From NCBI GenBank assembly GCA_963665095.1, contig OY762069.1:4128001-4192000 (forward strand): a DNA stretch of 64,000 bases. The letters are read 5' to 3'. The translations under genes were made by a program, and so were the position numbers. Positions within the stretch are counted from its first letter, which is position 1. Each line of letters starts with the position of its first letter. This DNA comes from an uncultured Desulfobacter sp. (lineage in GTDB: Bacteria; Desulfobacterota; Desulfobacteria; Desulfobacterales; Desulfobacteraceae). Below, piece by piece: positions 38,360-48,787 of the stretch. The notes beneath the pieces are model-generated. The model made no database searches, had not been told where the DNA came from, and saw only the letters and a program-made list of their open reading frames with translations.

Positions 38360-39604
38360 CTACAGGAGGAGCGGCTGGTCCTCCCCGTTTTTAATCATTC
38401 TGGTTGGAAGACCGATCTGGTTGAGGATTTTTAAAAACGGCGACGGGTCCAGTTCCTCTATATTTCTCATCTCTTTGCAGTCCCAGTCGCCACTGGCAAT
38501 CAGCATGGCGGCGGCTGCAGGCGGGACCCCTGCAGTGTATGCAATGGCCTGGCTTTCAACTTCATTATAACAGGCGTCATGATCGCAGATGTTATAGAGC
38601 AGCACCTCTTCATCATGCCCGTCTGCCCAGCCTTTTACCAGATCCCCGATACAGGTTGTGCCGGTATATTGCGGGGCCAGCGAAACCGGGTCCGGAAGGC
38701 ACGCCTTGACCACTTTCAACGGGATCACCTCCAGCCCTTCGGCCGTGGTCACCGGCTGCTCCGAAAGCAGGCCGATGTTTTTGAGCACAGTAAACACATT
38801 GATATAATGATCTCCAAAGCCCATCCAGAACCGGATGGAATCCGAATCAATATTTTTAGACAGGGAATGAAGCTCATCGTGGCCGTTCAGATATATGGGC
38901 ATTTTCCCCACCACCGGAAAATCGTAAGTCTGTTTGACCTCGAACATCTCTTTTTTTACCCACTGGCGGTCAATATAGGTCCATACCCCGCCGGTAAACT
39001 CACGGAAGTTGATTTCCGGATCAAAATTAGTGGCAAAGTATTTCCCGTGATTCCCGGCATTCACGTCCATAATATCAATGGTGTTGATCTTATCGAAAAT
39101 ATATCTGTCTGCATAGGCGGCATAGGCATTGACAACGCCCGGATCAAAGCCTGCGCCAAGGATGGCCGTAATGCCTTTTTCGCGGCACTCTTCAAGGCGT
39201 TTCCACTCGTAATTGGCGTACCAGGGCGGATTCTCGCAGATTTTATCCGGCTCTTCATGAATGGCTGTATCCATATAGGCCGCACCTGTATTGATACAGG
39301 CGGTAAGAACACTCATATTTATAAATGCGGTGCCCACGTTGATGACAATGGAGGTGCCTGTCTCTTTAATCAGTTTCTCCGTGGCAGGAATATCCAGCGC
39401 ATCAAGATGATATGCTGTTATGGAATATTCATCACTCTTTCTGCTGCCCTTGCGCGAAATACTGTCGATGATTTTTTCACATTTAGACAGCGTTCTTGAT
39501 GCAATAATAATATTTCCAAGAACATCATTGTTTTGTGCACACTTATGGGCCGCGACATTGGCCACGCCCCCGGCACCGATAATCATCACGTTTTTTTTCA
39601 TCAT
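38360..39604 (-). CDS. Carboxy(nor)spermidine dehydrogenase/synthase (saccharopine dehydrogenase family)
   Basis: IIGAGGVA, GAGFDPGVVN, FATNFDPEINFRE, HDELHSL, IAYTAGVP; follows the nspC homologue. Confidence 0.9.
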   Translation of the reverse strand: MMKKNVMIIGAGGVANVAAHKCAQNNDVLGNIIIASRTLSKCEKIIDSISRKGSRKSDEYSITAYHLDALDIPATEKLIKETGTSIVINVGTAFINMSVLTACINTGAAYMDTAIHEEPDKICENPPWYANYEWKRLEECREKGITAILGAGFDPGVVNAYAAYADRYIFDKINTIDIMDVNAGNHGKYFATNFDPEINFREFTGGVWTYIDRQWVKKEMFEVKQTYDFPVVGKMPIYLNGHDELHSLSKNIDSDSIRFWMGFGDHYINVFTVLKNIGLLSEQPVTTAEGLEVIPLKVVKACLPDPVSLAPQYTGTTCIGDLVKGWADGHDEEVLLYNICDHDACYNEVESQAIAYTAGVPPAAAAMLIASGDWDCKEMRNIEELDPSPFLKILNQIGLPTRMIKNGEDQPLLL

Positions 39605-39679
39605 TGTTTCCTTTCTTTAATCAAAGGTGTTTCTCACCCCCACCTAAATAAAACGTATGCCATAAAGCACTGTGTATCC

Positions 39680-40798
39680 TTAATTCTTAGTTGAAAGGCC
39701 TCTTTTATAATCTTCATAAGAGGATTCCTGTATGAGGTCAATTTGCCCGTCAGCACGCAGAACTGCAACTGACGGCATTTTTACTCCGTTAAACCAGTTT
39801 TTTTTCACCATTGTGTAACCGGCGGCATCTTTGATCTCAATGGTGTCACCTATCTTGAGATCTGTTTTAAAGCAGCCCTCTCCAAAGATATCTGCTGCAA
39901 GGCATGACCTGCCTGCGACCTGGTATGGATATCCTCCGGCAGCTAATGCCCCTTCAAACCTTGCAGACTCCCTGTATACAAGCAGGTCCAGCATGTGCGC
40001 TTCAATGGATGCATCCACGATGGCAATTTTTTTGTCATTTTCAACGATATCAAGAATGGTTGTCACAAGGGTGGTTGTGTGGGCAACCGCTGCTTCTCCC
40101 GGTTCCAGATAGACCTGCAGGCCAAATCGTTCAGAAAAATTTTTTATGATTTGAGCAAACCTGTCACTGTCAAAATGGTCTTCAGTGTATGAGATCCCGC
40201 CACCAAGGCTCACCCAGTCCATCTGCTTTAAAAAATTCCCGAATTGGTGGCTGATATGGTCAAGCAGTTTTTCAAAAGCGGTAACATCTTCATTTTCGCA
40301 GTTGAAATGGAACATGGCGCCGGAGATCATGGGCATGGCCGCTTTGATATCTGTCAGGGATGTAACGCCAAGCCGGGAATATGCACGGGCTGGGTCTGAC
40401 AGATCAAAATCACTGAAACTTACACCAGGGTTGATCCTGATCCCACAAGTAAGGCTGTGACAGTCAGAGTAAAACCGCTGCAGTTGTGACAACGAGTTGA
40501 AGATGATTTTATCAGAAAATGAAGCCACTTTTTTTACATCGTCATTATTGAAGGCAACGCTGTAGGCATGGGTCTCTTTGCCAAAGGTCTCGTATCCGAG
40601 TTTTGCCTCATAGTATGAAGAGCTGGTGGTGCCGTCCATATAAGGCGCCATCAGATCAAATACTCCCCAGGTGGCAAAACATTTCAGGGCCAAAAGCAGT
40701 TTTGCGCCGCTTTGTTCCCGGATTGCCGAAAGTTTCTCCATGTTTGCATGAAGCTTTTTTTCGTCAATAAGGTAAATGGGTGTAGGAAGTTTTTTCAC
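39680..40798 (-). CDS. nspC: Carboxy(nor)spermidine decarboxylase
   Basis: LLALKCF (PLP Lys), SLGGG, YLEPGEA, EAHMLD, GRSCLAADIFG, GYTMVKKNWFNG. Confidence 0.92.
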   Translation of the reverse strand: MKKLPTPIYLIDEKKLHANMEKLSAIREQSGAKLLLALKCFATWGVFDLMAPYMDGTTSSSYYEAKLGYETFGKETHAYSVAFNNDDVKKVASFSDKIIFNSLSQLQRFYSDCHSLTCGIRINPGVSFSDFDLSDPARAYSRLGVTSLTDIKAAMPMISGAMFHFNCENEDVTAFEKLLDHISHQFGNFLKQMDWVSLGGGISYTEDHFDSDRFAQIIKNFSERFGLQVYLEPGEAAVAHTTTLVTTILDIVENDKKIAIVDASIEAHMLDLLVYRESARFEGALAAGGYPYQVAGRSCLAADIFGEGCFKTDLKIGDTIEIKDAAGYTMVKKNWFNGVKMPSVAVLRADGQIDLIQESSYEDYKRGLSTKN

Positions 40799-41328
40799 TG
40801 CACCAATCCTTTACAGTATCAGGTAAAATATCCGTAAAAAAACACAGCATTTATGGTGCTGCAAAAAAAAGAGATGAATATACACATTTTATTTATGTTT
40901 TTACATTTATTTTTTTGCAGGTGATGTAAAAAATAAATAATTTTCTTAGGCTCCGGGACCTGTGCCGGCTTTAATGATCTTGGTCCTGCCATACCCGCTG
41001 TCCGGGTGTTTGTTCGATTTCAATGCATACGGGGACGCCGGAAGAAAAAGGATGGCATCACTTTTTATGCCATTACCGTCTGAGACAATTGCTCGATTGT
41101 GACGCCGTTGGCACGTCCCCCGCCGATGCACTCGGTAGCATCACTCCAGTTGCTGTTGATAGAAAAGGAAATGGCAATCGTATGGCCACAGCAATGGCGG
41201 AAAGGGTGGTTGGGCCCTTAAGGGTGTCAATCCGCTTCAAAATTATCCCCTGTCAGCGTCCAATTTTGACTTCCCTATAAGGCTTGGGAGGAGCTGCTTT
41301 GGGGTGTTTCCCTTCTGTCGTGAGTTTT

Positions 41329-42357
41329 CTACACTTCGGTTTCTTTAACCCCGGCCAGCATCAGCACAGGATAGGCAAACTGCGTATCTAAGCGTCTTGC
41401 GGTATAACTGCCGAATCCGGCATGGGTCAGGGCTGCTTTTAACTCCTTTTCAGGCAGGTGGTGTGTGGGGTATCCCATGCACCGGGTCATCAGTTCCAAC
41501 AACGTCGAGGTCAGGCCAGGGGCACCTGATTCGGGAGGGGCTACATGGTTTGAAATAAAAATACCGCCAGGCACCATGGCCCGATTGACCCGGATCAAAA
41601 AATCCTTTAACTGGTCTTTTGCTGTCATCTCATAAAGAAAATGGGAGCTTAAGAACAGATCATATCCGCTGCCGAAGTCTGTGTCTTTTTCCAGGTCAAA
41701 ATTATGAAATAAGATGCGGTGAAAATTCTTTTGATCCTTTTTTAGTTCCCGGGCAAGGGTGCAGACTTCGGGAAGATCGTAGACATGGGCGCAAAGAGTT
41801 TTGTTTGCCTGCATCAAGGCAAAGGAAAAATATCCGATGTTTCCGGCAAAATCGCACATGTTTCTACAGGCGGCAAATTGCGGAAGATCCCGGACAAAAG
41901 AGAGAACCGCCTGGATGGCACCTCCTTTCTGCCCCTGCTCCATGTTTAATACAGACTCTTTGGAACTCCACATCCTTTCGTTAAAGGGGGCAGGTCCGTT
42001 ACGAAGCACCTCTGTCAGTTTGTCAAAAGGGCCACTGCTACCGGGAAATTCTTTAACCGAATGGATTTGGTTTGTCTCTGATTCCCTGATGAGGAAATCC
42101 TGTGCCGCCGGGGACAGTGTATAATTATCCCCTTGTTTCTCCGCAAGGCGTGTCGCGATCAGTACATCCAACAGTGCCTGGGTAATGGCCTGATTTGTGT
42201 TAAGGGTGTCACACAGCATGGGCAGGGGTACAGGCGCTTTTGACAAAGCCTGGAACAGGTTAATGTCAATGGCGGCATTGATAATTTTGGGAACATAACT
42301 CTGATATAAAAGATCAAAAAGGGCTTTATTGGAAACAGGTGTTTTCAGTGTCGTCAT
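41329..42357 (-). CDS. SAM-dependent O-methyltransferase with N-terminal dimerisation domain
   Basis: Winged-helix-like N-terminus (AAIDINLFQAL), DFAGNIG, YDLPEV, YDLFLSSHFL, PGGIFI. Confidence 0.8.
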   Translation of the reverse strand: MTTLKTPVSNKALFDLLYQSYVPKIINAAIDINLFQALSKAPVPLPMLCDTLNTNQAITQALLDVLIATRLAEKQGDNYTLSPAAQDFLIRESETNQIHSVKEFPGSSGPFDKLTEVLRNGPAPFNERMWSSKESVLNMEQGQKGGAIQAVLSFVRDLPQFAACRNMCDFAGNIGYFSFALMQANKTLCAHVYDLPEVCTLARELKKDQKNFHRILFHNFDLEKDTDFGSGYDLFLSSHFLYEMTAKDQLKDFLIRVNRAMVPGGIFISNHVAPPESGAPGLTSTLLELMTRCMGYPTHHLPEKELKAALTHAGFGSYTARRLDTQFAYPVLMLAGVKETEV

Positions 42358-42444
42358 GATGATTTTCCTTAGAATTAGAGTTGTATGGACAGTTGAATCT
42401 GATAATACAGGAATTTATTAGGAAAGCAAAACTTTTTTTGCTGG

Positions 42445-42524
42445 AATAATTGGGGTCAGAGTAAAATTAAATTGCGCGCAATTTAATTTTACTCTGACCC
42501 CAATTATTTCTGACCCCAATTATT
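42445..42524. repeat. 64-bp perfect palindrome plus an extra 16-bp direct copy of its right end
   Basis: 42445-42476 AATAATTGGGGTCAGAGTAAAATTAAATTGCG is the exact reverse complement of 42477-42508; TCTGACCCCAATTATT is repeated at 42509-42524. Confidence 0.95.
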
Positions 42525-42527
42525 AAT

Positions 42528-43340
42528 TCAGGACGTGGCTGCCTGGGACCATCCGTGGGTTTTGCTTAATTTTTCAAACATTCGGACAACGCCGGCTGCC
42601 AGGTTGAAAATTATATCTGCCCCGGCATTGGCGGAGGCGCTGGCATCAAAGAAGAGTCTAAGGTCTGATTCCATGCCCTCTTCGGGTTTCCAGTAGCAGA
42701 TCAGCATGGGGATCATGGGCAGAAGCGGCAGCACCATGGAGATATCTGAATCATAGAGATTTTCCGTTTCCCGGCCGTTGAATATCATGGCCAGATCCTC
42801 AAACAGTCCTGGATGGTTGTCAGCTATTTTTTTCAAAGATTTTTCACTGCGCTGGACAAACAGTCCGTTTTTCTCCCTGCCGCCGTTGATTTCCCGGTAG
42901 GCCATCCACTCACCGGTAAGCGACTGGCCCTGGGAGTGCAGCACATGGGCGATCACAGGGCCAACCAGCCAGGGAATGGTATGAAGATCCGTATAAATTT
43001 TGCCTTGGTTGTCCAGGGAAAAGGGTTTGCCTAAGATCCGCAAGGTGAGCCGGTTCTTTTCGAATTTACCGCCGGTCCTTTGAGCGGCTTTTTCTAAATC
43101 GCAGGTTTCAAGGCTCTGTTTTAGTTCATCCATGGCCTTGTCCTGATCTTCCTCCCGGCTGTTTTTATGATCATCCCCGCCATATTGTTTGAGCACTTCA
43201 GGGTCAATTGACGGGCACATATCAAGGGGTTTAAGCCCCAGGAAAACCTTGGATGCAAAGGCAAGGCAGGTGGCTTCATTGCATTTTCTGCAGTTGGATT
43301 TATCGAGCAGCTTGAAAACTTCCATGGCATTGGCAAACAT
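42528..43340 (-). CDS. Fe-S-binding N-terminal domain plus DUF3786-like protein
   Basis: NCRKCNEATCLAFA...CP motif; ATG 43340 with GAGG RBS. Confidence 0.75.
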   Translation of the reverse strand: MFANAMEVFKLLDKSNCRKCNEATCLAFASKVFLGLKPLDMCPSIDPEVLKQYGGDDHKNSREEDQDKAMDELKQSLETCDLEKAAQRTGGKFEKNRLTLRILGKPFSLDNQGKIYTDLHTIPWLVGPVIAHVLHSQGQSLTGEWMAYREINGGREKNGLFVQRSEKSLKKIADNHPGLFEDLAMIFNGRETENLYDSDISMVLPLLPMIPMLICYWKPEEGMESDLRLFFDASASANAGADIIFNLAAGVVRMFEKLSKTHGWSQAATS

Positions 43341-43482
43341 AATCAACCTCTTTCTTTTTTCAGGGACAGTAAGCAAAATTTATGCACATCCTTGCATAAA
43401 TCAAGGGGCCGTGCATCCCCCAAACAGGGGATTTTTATCAACCCGGTATGGAAACAGAATGCAAAAAGAGCAGTACCATATT

Positions 43483-43764
43483 TTAGGATACGGTGCTGCT
43501 CTTTTTTGGACAGAACCCAGGCCATTCAGCAAGGCCGATAGATGCGTTTTCAACCTGCTGCCTGCCTGCTTCGCCCCTCAGCTGGAGTCCCAGTTCGTAT
43601 ATCTGGGCCAGCACGGAGGCACCGATGGGATGGCCGCGGCATTCCAGTCCGCCGCTGGTGTTGACGGGCTGACATCTCCGGGGTAGAGCCATATCGCGCA
43701 CGCCCCGGTCCGGATATTTCTGAAAACAAATCATGCCAAGACCTATAATGAATACATGGCTCAT
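43483..43764 (-). pseudogene. Internally deleted thiolase (SCP2-thiolase-like) remnant
   Basis: N-terminal [26 protein letters not shown] joined almost directly to C-terminal [18 protein letters not shown]...[11 protein letters not shown]. Confidence 0.8.
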
Positions 43765-43938
43765 ATGTTGAATCACCTTCTTTCTTTTATGTGGGTGAAA
43801 AGGCTGCGGTTTCAACCCCGGTTTCTATGCTGATATTGATACTTTTTTGACTGATAGCAAAAGATCAGCAAAAGAAATGCCGGTAGATCATAATATTTTT
43901 TGTTTTGCAGGGAATGCGTGTGTTTTCAATCTGTTGAT

Positions 43939-45855
43939 CGTACATTCCGCACTCGATTTGATGATTTTTTGACAATTTATCCGACGGCTTCATAACTTTT
44001 ACGGTACAAAAAAGCATTCCGGAGTGACGTCCAAGGCTCTAAGGTACTGCACTTGAGTATCATTTAGCGGCTTTGCTAATTTTCGTTGTCTTCCAACGGT
44101 TATAACTAATATGCTGAGGAACTTTGTAGTCATCATAAAGGCCGTTGGACTATTTGTGGGCTTATTTTTCCACCCAGGCAACCGTTTACCCGTCTTTCTC
44201 ACATGCAGTTTTAAACTTCGTCCTATCAGCAGCCAGAGCAGCAAAGAAAGGAGGAGAATTAGTCCAAGCGCTTCCACCCGTTTGGGTTTCTTCAAAAAGA
44301 TGGCGTTCACAATGGCTGGATCTTTCAGGAATCCGAAATTTTTTCGATCCCATCCTGTTCTTTGTATAGTCTAAGGAGTTCGATCCCCGGCCACTCCTGT
44401 TCATTAGCCTGGGCCGGAACATTGGTTATGAGTACAAAACAGCCAGCTTCGAGTCTGATCTTTTCTGTTTTCTCAGGATCTTCTTCGACAGTTGCCTTCA
44501 GTTCATATTCAATGGATTTCGGCTTCCTGACTTCCCCTTTTTTTTAGGGCGTCCTTTGCCGTATTTGGGTACGTCAATGATCTCTGCTCGCAAGTTGTAA
44601 AGGCTTTTTTCTGGCTCCTTTGTCAAAATACCGATTGCCACCTCAGCGTCCGGGCGGCATTTGAAGGGTTGCTGAGTCACCTCTTTGATTTTCTTTTCCA
44701 GCTGGTCTTTGCTGGTTTTTAATATGCGGTCGATGCATTTCTGACGCCTTTTATCATGGGCACTGGAATGATATACAATGGCCCGGCAGGCCTCCTCGCC
44801 TATGGTAACGGTTGTTTTATAATAACGATAGGATGCAGGCGGCTTCTTTTCGCTTTGGATTTCTGCCAAAGTCCCAATATCAACCCAGTCGTCGGCTGCA
44901 ACAGCCTGGGCAATGGCATGCTTACATTCATTGAAATCAGCTGGTAATCGGCTCAGGAAACGGATGCCGTTTCCCTGTGCAGCTATAAGGTTATCTGTGG
45001 TCACAAAGGCTGAGTCTGCTACATAAATGGATGCTCCGGGCTTGAATCCATGTTCGGCCATGTGTGATGAGATATGAGATAAAAGCTCATTATTCAGGGT
45101 CTTATCTGAAGCATTACCGTCCTGGGTTTTTCCTATGATCGGAATATTTCGGTCTACACACAACATGGACACCATGAATTGCTTCAAATCCGGACGTTTA
45201 TCCTTGCTGTAACCGTAGGTGATATTCAATTGCGTATCAGGGTGATCTTCGTAGGCACCAAAGACGGAGACGGAGGTTGTATCAAAGTGGTGATGGCGCG
45301 TATCCAGTTTAAAGCAACCAATGGCATTTTGGGAAATCTGGGAAAATATCTTTTGAGTTCCAGTCTCAAAAAGTTTGCCCAACTCCCGCCCGAGATTTGT
45401 ATCGTTAAATTTATCAGGGCTGATGGTTTACCAAAAATCAATTCGGTATCAGTCTGGTCGAAAGCTTGTTCAAGTCGGTACAAAAGAGTCCTTCCGGAGA
45501 CTGTATCCAGAATCATCCCAAGAACCGCATCGCCGGGCGACAGTTCCATTTTGCTATCTGTCATGGTATTGATCGTTTCAACCAGATTGATACGTTTGGC
45601 GTACTCTTTGAAAATCGAAAGAAATTTTACATCTGTGAAATTCCATTCCTCGGTACCTGGGATGTTCATATTTTGCTCCCTCTCGGTTTTAAGTTTTTTT
45701 TGGGGAGCACCATAAACTAAATATTTGTGTTTGTCTAGACAACCTTTTTATATTTTGATGCCTTTTTGTAGACTGCTTGAAATCCAGCTTAACCACTTGA
45801 TTTTAATTTATTTTTAATTTTATGAGCTTTGTCGGTTGAAGGTGCGGAAAATACG
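43939..45855 (-). mobile_element. IS1634-family element with frameshifted transposase
   Basis: Fragments 45669-45226, 45382-44498 (HFDTTS, YGYSKDKRPDLKQF, YVADSA) and 44310-43999 (FLKKPKRVEAL). Imperfect terminal IRs CGTACATTCCGCAC (43939-43952) and GTGCGGAAAATACG (45842-45855). Confidence 0.88.
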
Positions 45856-45857
45856 AT

Positions 45858-46172
45858 AAGATCATCTCGACGATCACTTTATACAGGCCTGACGTTTCAG
45901 GTGGCCACCCGTGGTTTGATCAGGCAACTGTTGCCAAATTCGGACAGTTGGCGGTTGAACCCCAATACCAGAAACAGGGAAAAGGCAGCATGATGCTTGA
46001 CTTTATTGAACAAAAGGCCGGCGAAGATAAGGCCGGCGAGATTGCATGCGATACAGCAAAGGACGCAACCCATCTCATCAGAATGTACAGGGACAGAGGT
46101 TATCGCATCACAGGGGAGGCAGACTGGGCAATTACAAACTTCATCAGCGTCATACTCAGTAAAAAATTATAA
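45858..46172 (+). pseudogene. 5'-truncated GNAT acetyltransferase
   Basis: Frame is open from the IS end: KIISTITLY...KFGQLAVEPQYQKQGKGS...CDTA...MYRDRGY; the N-terminal part is missing. Confidence 0.75.
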
Positions 46173-46235
46173 TCAAAATTCTGTAAAATCGCGCAACTGC
46201 ACGGCAGCTGTACTGTTCTGAGACAACATGAATGG

Positions 46236-47150
46236 CTATTGATGACATTTGGATTTGTAAAACACCTCATACAACCTTTTGCCTTTTTCAGTTAAAAAAG
46301 ATCGGTTGAGCATATCTCCGACAAAAAGCATGACTTCATCAATGGCGTAATTTGTGTCCATCAAAGCCAGATGCATGGCAGCCTCATTGGCGGCCAGGTT
46401 AAAATACGCCATAAGGGTCGGATCAATGGGCCGGATAATGCCGTTTCTGATGGCGGCTTTAAGTTCTATTTTCAGGCCTTCCATCATCTCCTGATAAAGA
46501 CTGCTCAAGCGATCCTGACTCCACTGATCCCCAATAATTACGCCGGATCTCAACTGGTTTAAAATCTCACCGATTTTTGGATAATGGGCGTAAAAGACCT
46601 CAAACATAATTAAAGAACGCTTACTCAGATCTTTTTCTTTTTTCAGCTTTTGACGAATCTCTTTTTTAAAGCTTTTTACGACATATTCGATGATCTCCAC
46701 AAAGAGTTCCCGCTTATCTCTGAAATAACGGTAGAATGTTGGGGCAGATATTCCTGCGGCCCGGGCCACTTCCCGAATATTGGTCAGATAATAGCCCCGG
46801 TGAGAATACAAATTTAATGTTGCTTCCATAATCTGCTCTTTTTTTTCCAGGTGCCTGCCACTCTCTTCTTTCAGGGGAGCAGTCACAACGGATTCTACGG
46901 GCTTGACCAGGGAATACGCCTCGCGGAGCCGGTGCTTGATCACATCCAGCGGCACCTTGGAACGCTTTGTTTTTTTTAAATACTCTATTTTAATATTCTG
47001 GATTGCCTCCAGCCGCTTGACATGGCTGTTGTCGTAAAAGGCCATGGTGTGACCGGTTTTAAAGGGGCGGTGCAGTACGCCGTTATTGACATAGTGGTGG
47101 ATGGTGGATCGGGGGATGCCGGATAGCTTCTCTAATTCACTGATTTTCAT
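46236..47150 (-). CDS. Transcriptional regulator, MerR-type HTH fused to a TetR-family domain
   Basis: MKISELEKLSGIPRSTIHHYVNNG (MerR HTH) followed by GYYLTNIREVARAAGISAPTFYRYFRDK (TetR HTH). Confidence 0.88.
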   Translation of the reverse strand: MKISELEKLSGIPRSTIHHYVNNGVLHRPFKTGHTMAFYDNSHVKRLEAIQNIKIEYLKKTKRSKVPLDVIKHRLREAYSLVKPVESVVTAPLKEESGRHLEKKEQIMEATLNLYSHRGYYLTNIREVARAAGISAPTFYRYFRDKRELFVEIIEYVVKSFKKEIRQKLKKEKDLSKRSLIMFEVFYAHYPKIGEILNQLRSGVIIGDQWSQDRLSSLYQEMMEGLKIELKAAIRNGIIRPIDPTLMAYFNLAANEAAMHLALMDTNYAIDEVMLFVGDMLNRSFLTEKGKRLYEVFYKSKCHQ

Positions 47151-47497
47151 ATTTAATTTCCCTTAACACCAGCACAATAAGGCCGGGGTGCATAAACAGA
47201 TTCGGCAAAAATACTCCCATACTATTGCTATAAAAAACTATAAAGTCAATCTATAGTAAAAAAAATGAATTTTTTTATAAAAATTACGTGATTTCAATAG
47301 GATGAATAGCAAAATATAGATATTGAAAAAGAATTGAATAAAAATAGCGGCACAAAAACAAATAGATATAATTTTACAGCAAGTTAAGCTAAACCTTATA
47401 CGATTTGACATTATGTTTTTTTTCCTGGCTATATAGAGAAGACGCAAAGGCAAAATTCAGATGTATAATGAAAATTTCTCTATCAGCGAGGTAAAAC

Positions 47498-48613
47498 ATG
47501 ATTAAAACAAAAATGTGTGAACTGCTCGGAGTTAAACATCCCATTATCCAGGCTGGTATGGGGCCTTTTTGCAACAATAAACTCAGCGTTGCCGCAGCCA
47601 ATGCAGGCGCCCTGGGACTGATGTCCACCAGCGGGCTGCATCCCATGACAAGGGATCAGCAGTACAAAATTTATGAGCACTGGGCCATCACCGCAGGCGC
47701 TGACCCTAAAGAAGATACGAAAACCATTCTGGAGAAAGCGTTTCAGCAGGCCTCTGAAGGGACAAAAGCCTCGGGCGGTATTTTCGGCGTCAATGTGATG
47801 GTGTCCAATGAAATGCGTGAACATGCCGAGCTGGTTATTCAGACGGCCATTGAGGCCAGGGAAAAAGATCCAAGCCTTAAAGAGCGGTTTAAAGTGGTTT
47901 TCACCTCTGCAGGAGACCCGATTCCATGGGGGAAAGCCCTTAAAGAGGCCGGTTTTACCTGGCTGCATGTTATACCGTCGGTGAAAGGCGCGCTACGCTG
48001 CCAAAAGGCCGGCGTGGATATGATTGTGGCCTCTGGTCATGAGGGAGGATTTCATACGTCCTGGGAACCGGTTCACTCCATGGTACTGCTTCCTGCGGTT
48101 GTCGAAGCACTGAAAGAGACCAACACGCCGGTGGCCGGAGCTGGTGGCTTCTGCGACGGAAAGAGTCTTGTGGCGGCACTGGCCCTTGGTGCGGCAGGTA
48201 TCCAAATGGGTACCCGGTTTTTAGCCACCCAGGAGAGCGACTTTGCCCCCCTCTGGAAAGAGGGCATTGTGGAAGCCGGGGATCGGGGAACACTGGTGGC
48301 AAGGGGATTTGTAGGCCCTGCCCGCTGGATCAAAACGGAAACCTCCAAAATACACCAGAAAAACACCCTCCAATACACCCCTGAACTCTACCTTGACAGC
48401 CCGGGCCCCATGACTGAGGGCGCCTTGAAGCTGATGGCATATGAACGGGATGCCATCAACGCCGTTTATGACGGAGACAGAAGCAAGGCCATGATGGCCG
48501 GTGGAGAATGCGCCCAAAGAATCGATGATCTGCCTCTGGTTGCGGATATGGTCAACAACATCATAGAAGAAGCCGAAGCAGTTGTTAAAAATCTGCCGTC
48601 GGTCCTGTCCTGA
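47498..48613 (+). CDS. Nitronate monooxygenase / FabK-like FMN-dependent enoyl reductase
   Basis: HPIIQAGMG, GHEGGFH, AGGFCDG, QMGTRFLATQES. Confidence 0.88.
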   Translation: MIKTKMCELLGVKHPIIQAGMGPFCNNKLSVAAANAGALGLMSTSGLHPMTRDQQYKIYEHWAITAGADPKEDTKTILEKAFQQASEGTKASGGIFGVNVMVSNEMREHAELVIQTAIEAREKDPSLKERFKVVFTSAGDPIPWGKALKEAGFTWLHVIPSVKGALRCQKAGVDMIVASGHEGGFHTSWEPVHSMVLLPAVVEALKETNTPVAGAGGFCDGKSLVAALALGAAGIQMGTRFLATQESDFAPLWKEGIVEAGDRGTLVARGFVGPARWIKTETSKIHQKNTLQYTPELYLDSPGPMTEGALKLMAYERDAINAVYDGDRSKAMMAGGECAQRIDDLPLVADMVNNIIEEAEAVVKNLPSVLS

Positions 48614-48685
48614 AAAAATGCCGCAATGGCGGCTTGCTAAAAAAATAATTATAGACCCTTGCAGCCCGCCCTTTTTAGTTTGAGC

Positions 48686-48722
48686 GGCACGGCTCCCTGC
48701 TTTTTAAGCAGGGGGCCGTGCC
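48686..48722. terminator. Hairpin between convergent genes
   Basis: GGCACGGCTCCCTGCTT/AAGCAGGGGGCCGTGCC near-perfect stem between stops at 48613 and 48788. Confidence 0.55.
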
Positions 48723-48787
48723 AAGAAACAAAACCTTATTCTATTTTATTACGCTATCGGTCATGCCCTTCCGGGACTTAGGATGGC

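Noticed and set aside
40946..41280. Short ORFs between nspC and the O-methyltransferase
   Set aside because: Possibly a gene fragment, but no frame gives an identifiable motif.
43894..43938. Possible N-terminal half of the truncated GNAT (RECVCFQSVD joins KIISTITL if a 2-bp AT duplication is assumed)
   Set aside because: In-frame stop at 43891-43893 and no further GNAT-like sequence upstream; may be coincidence.
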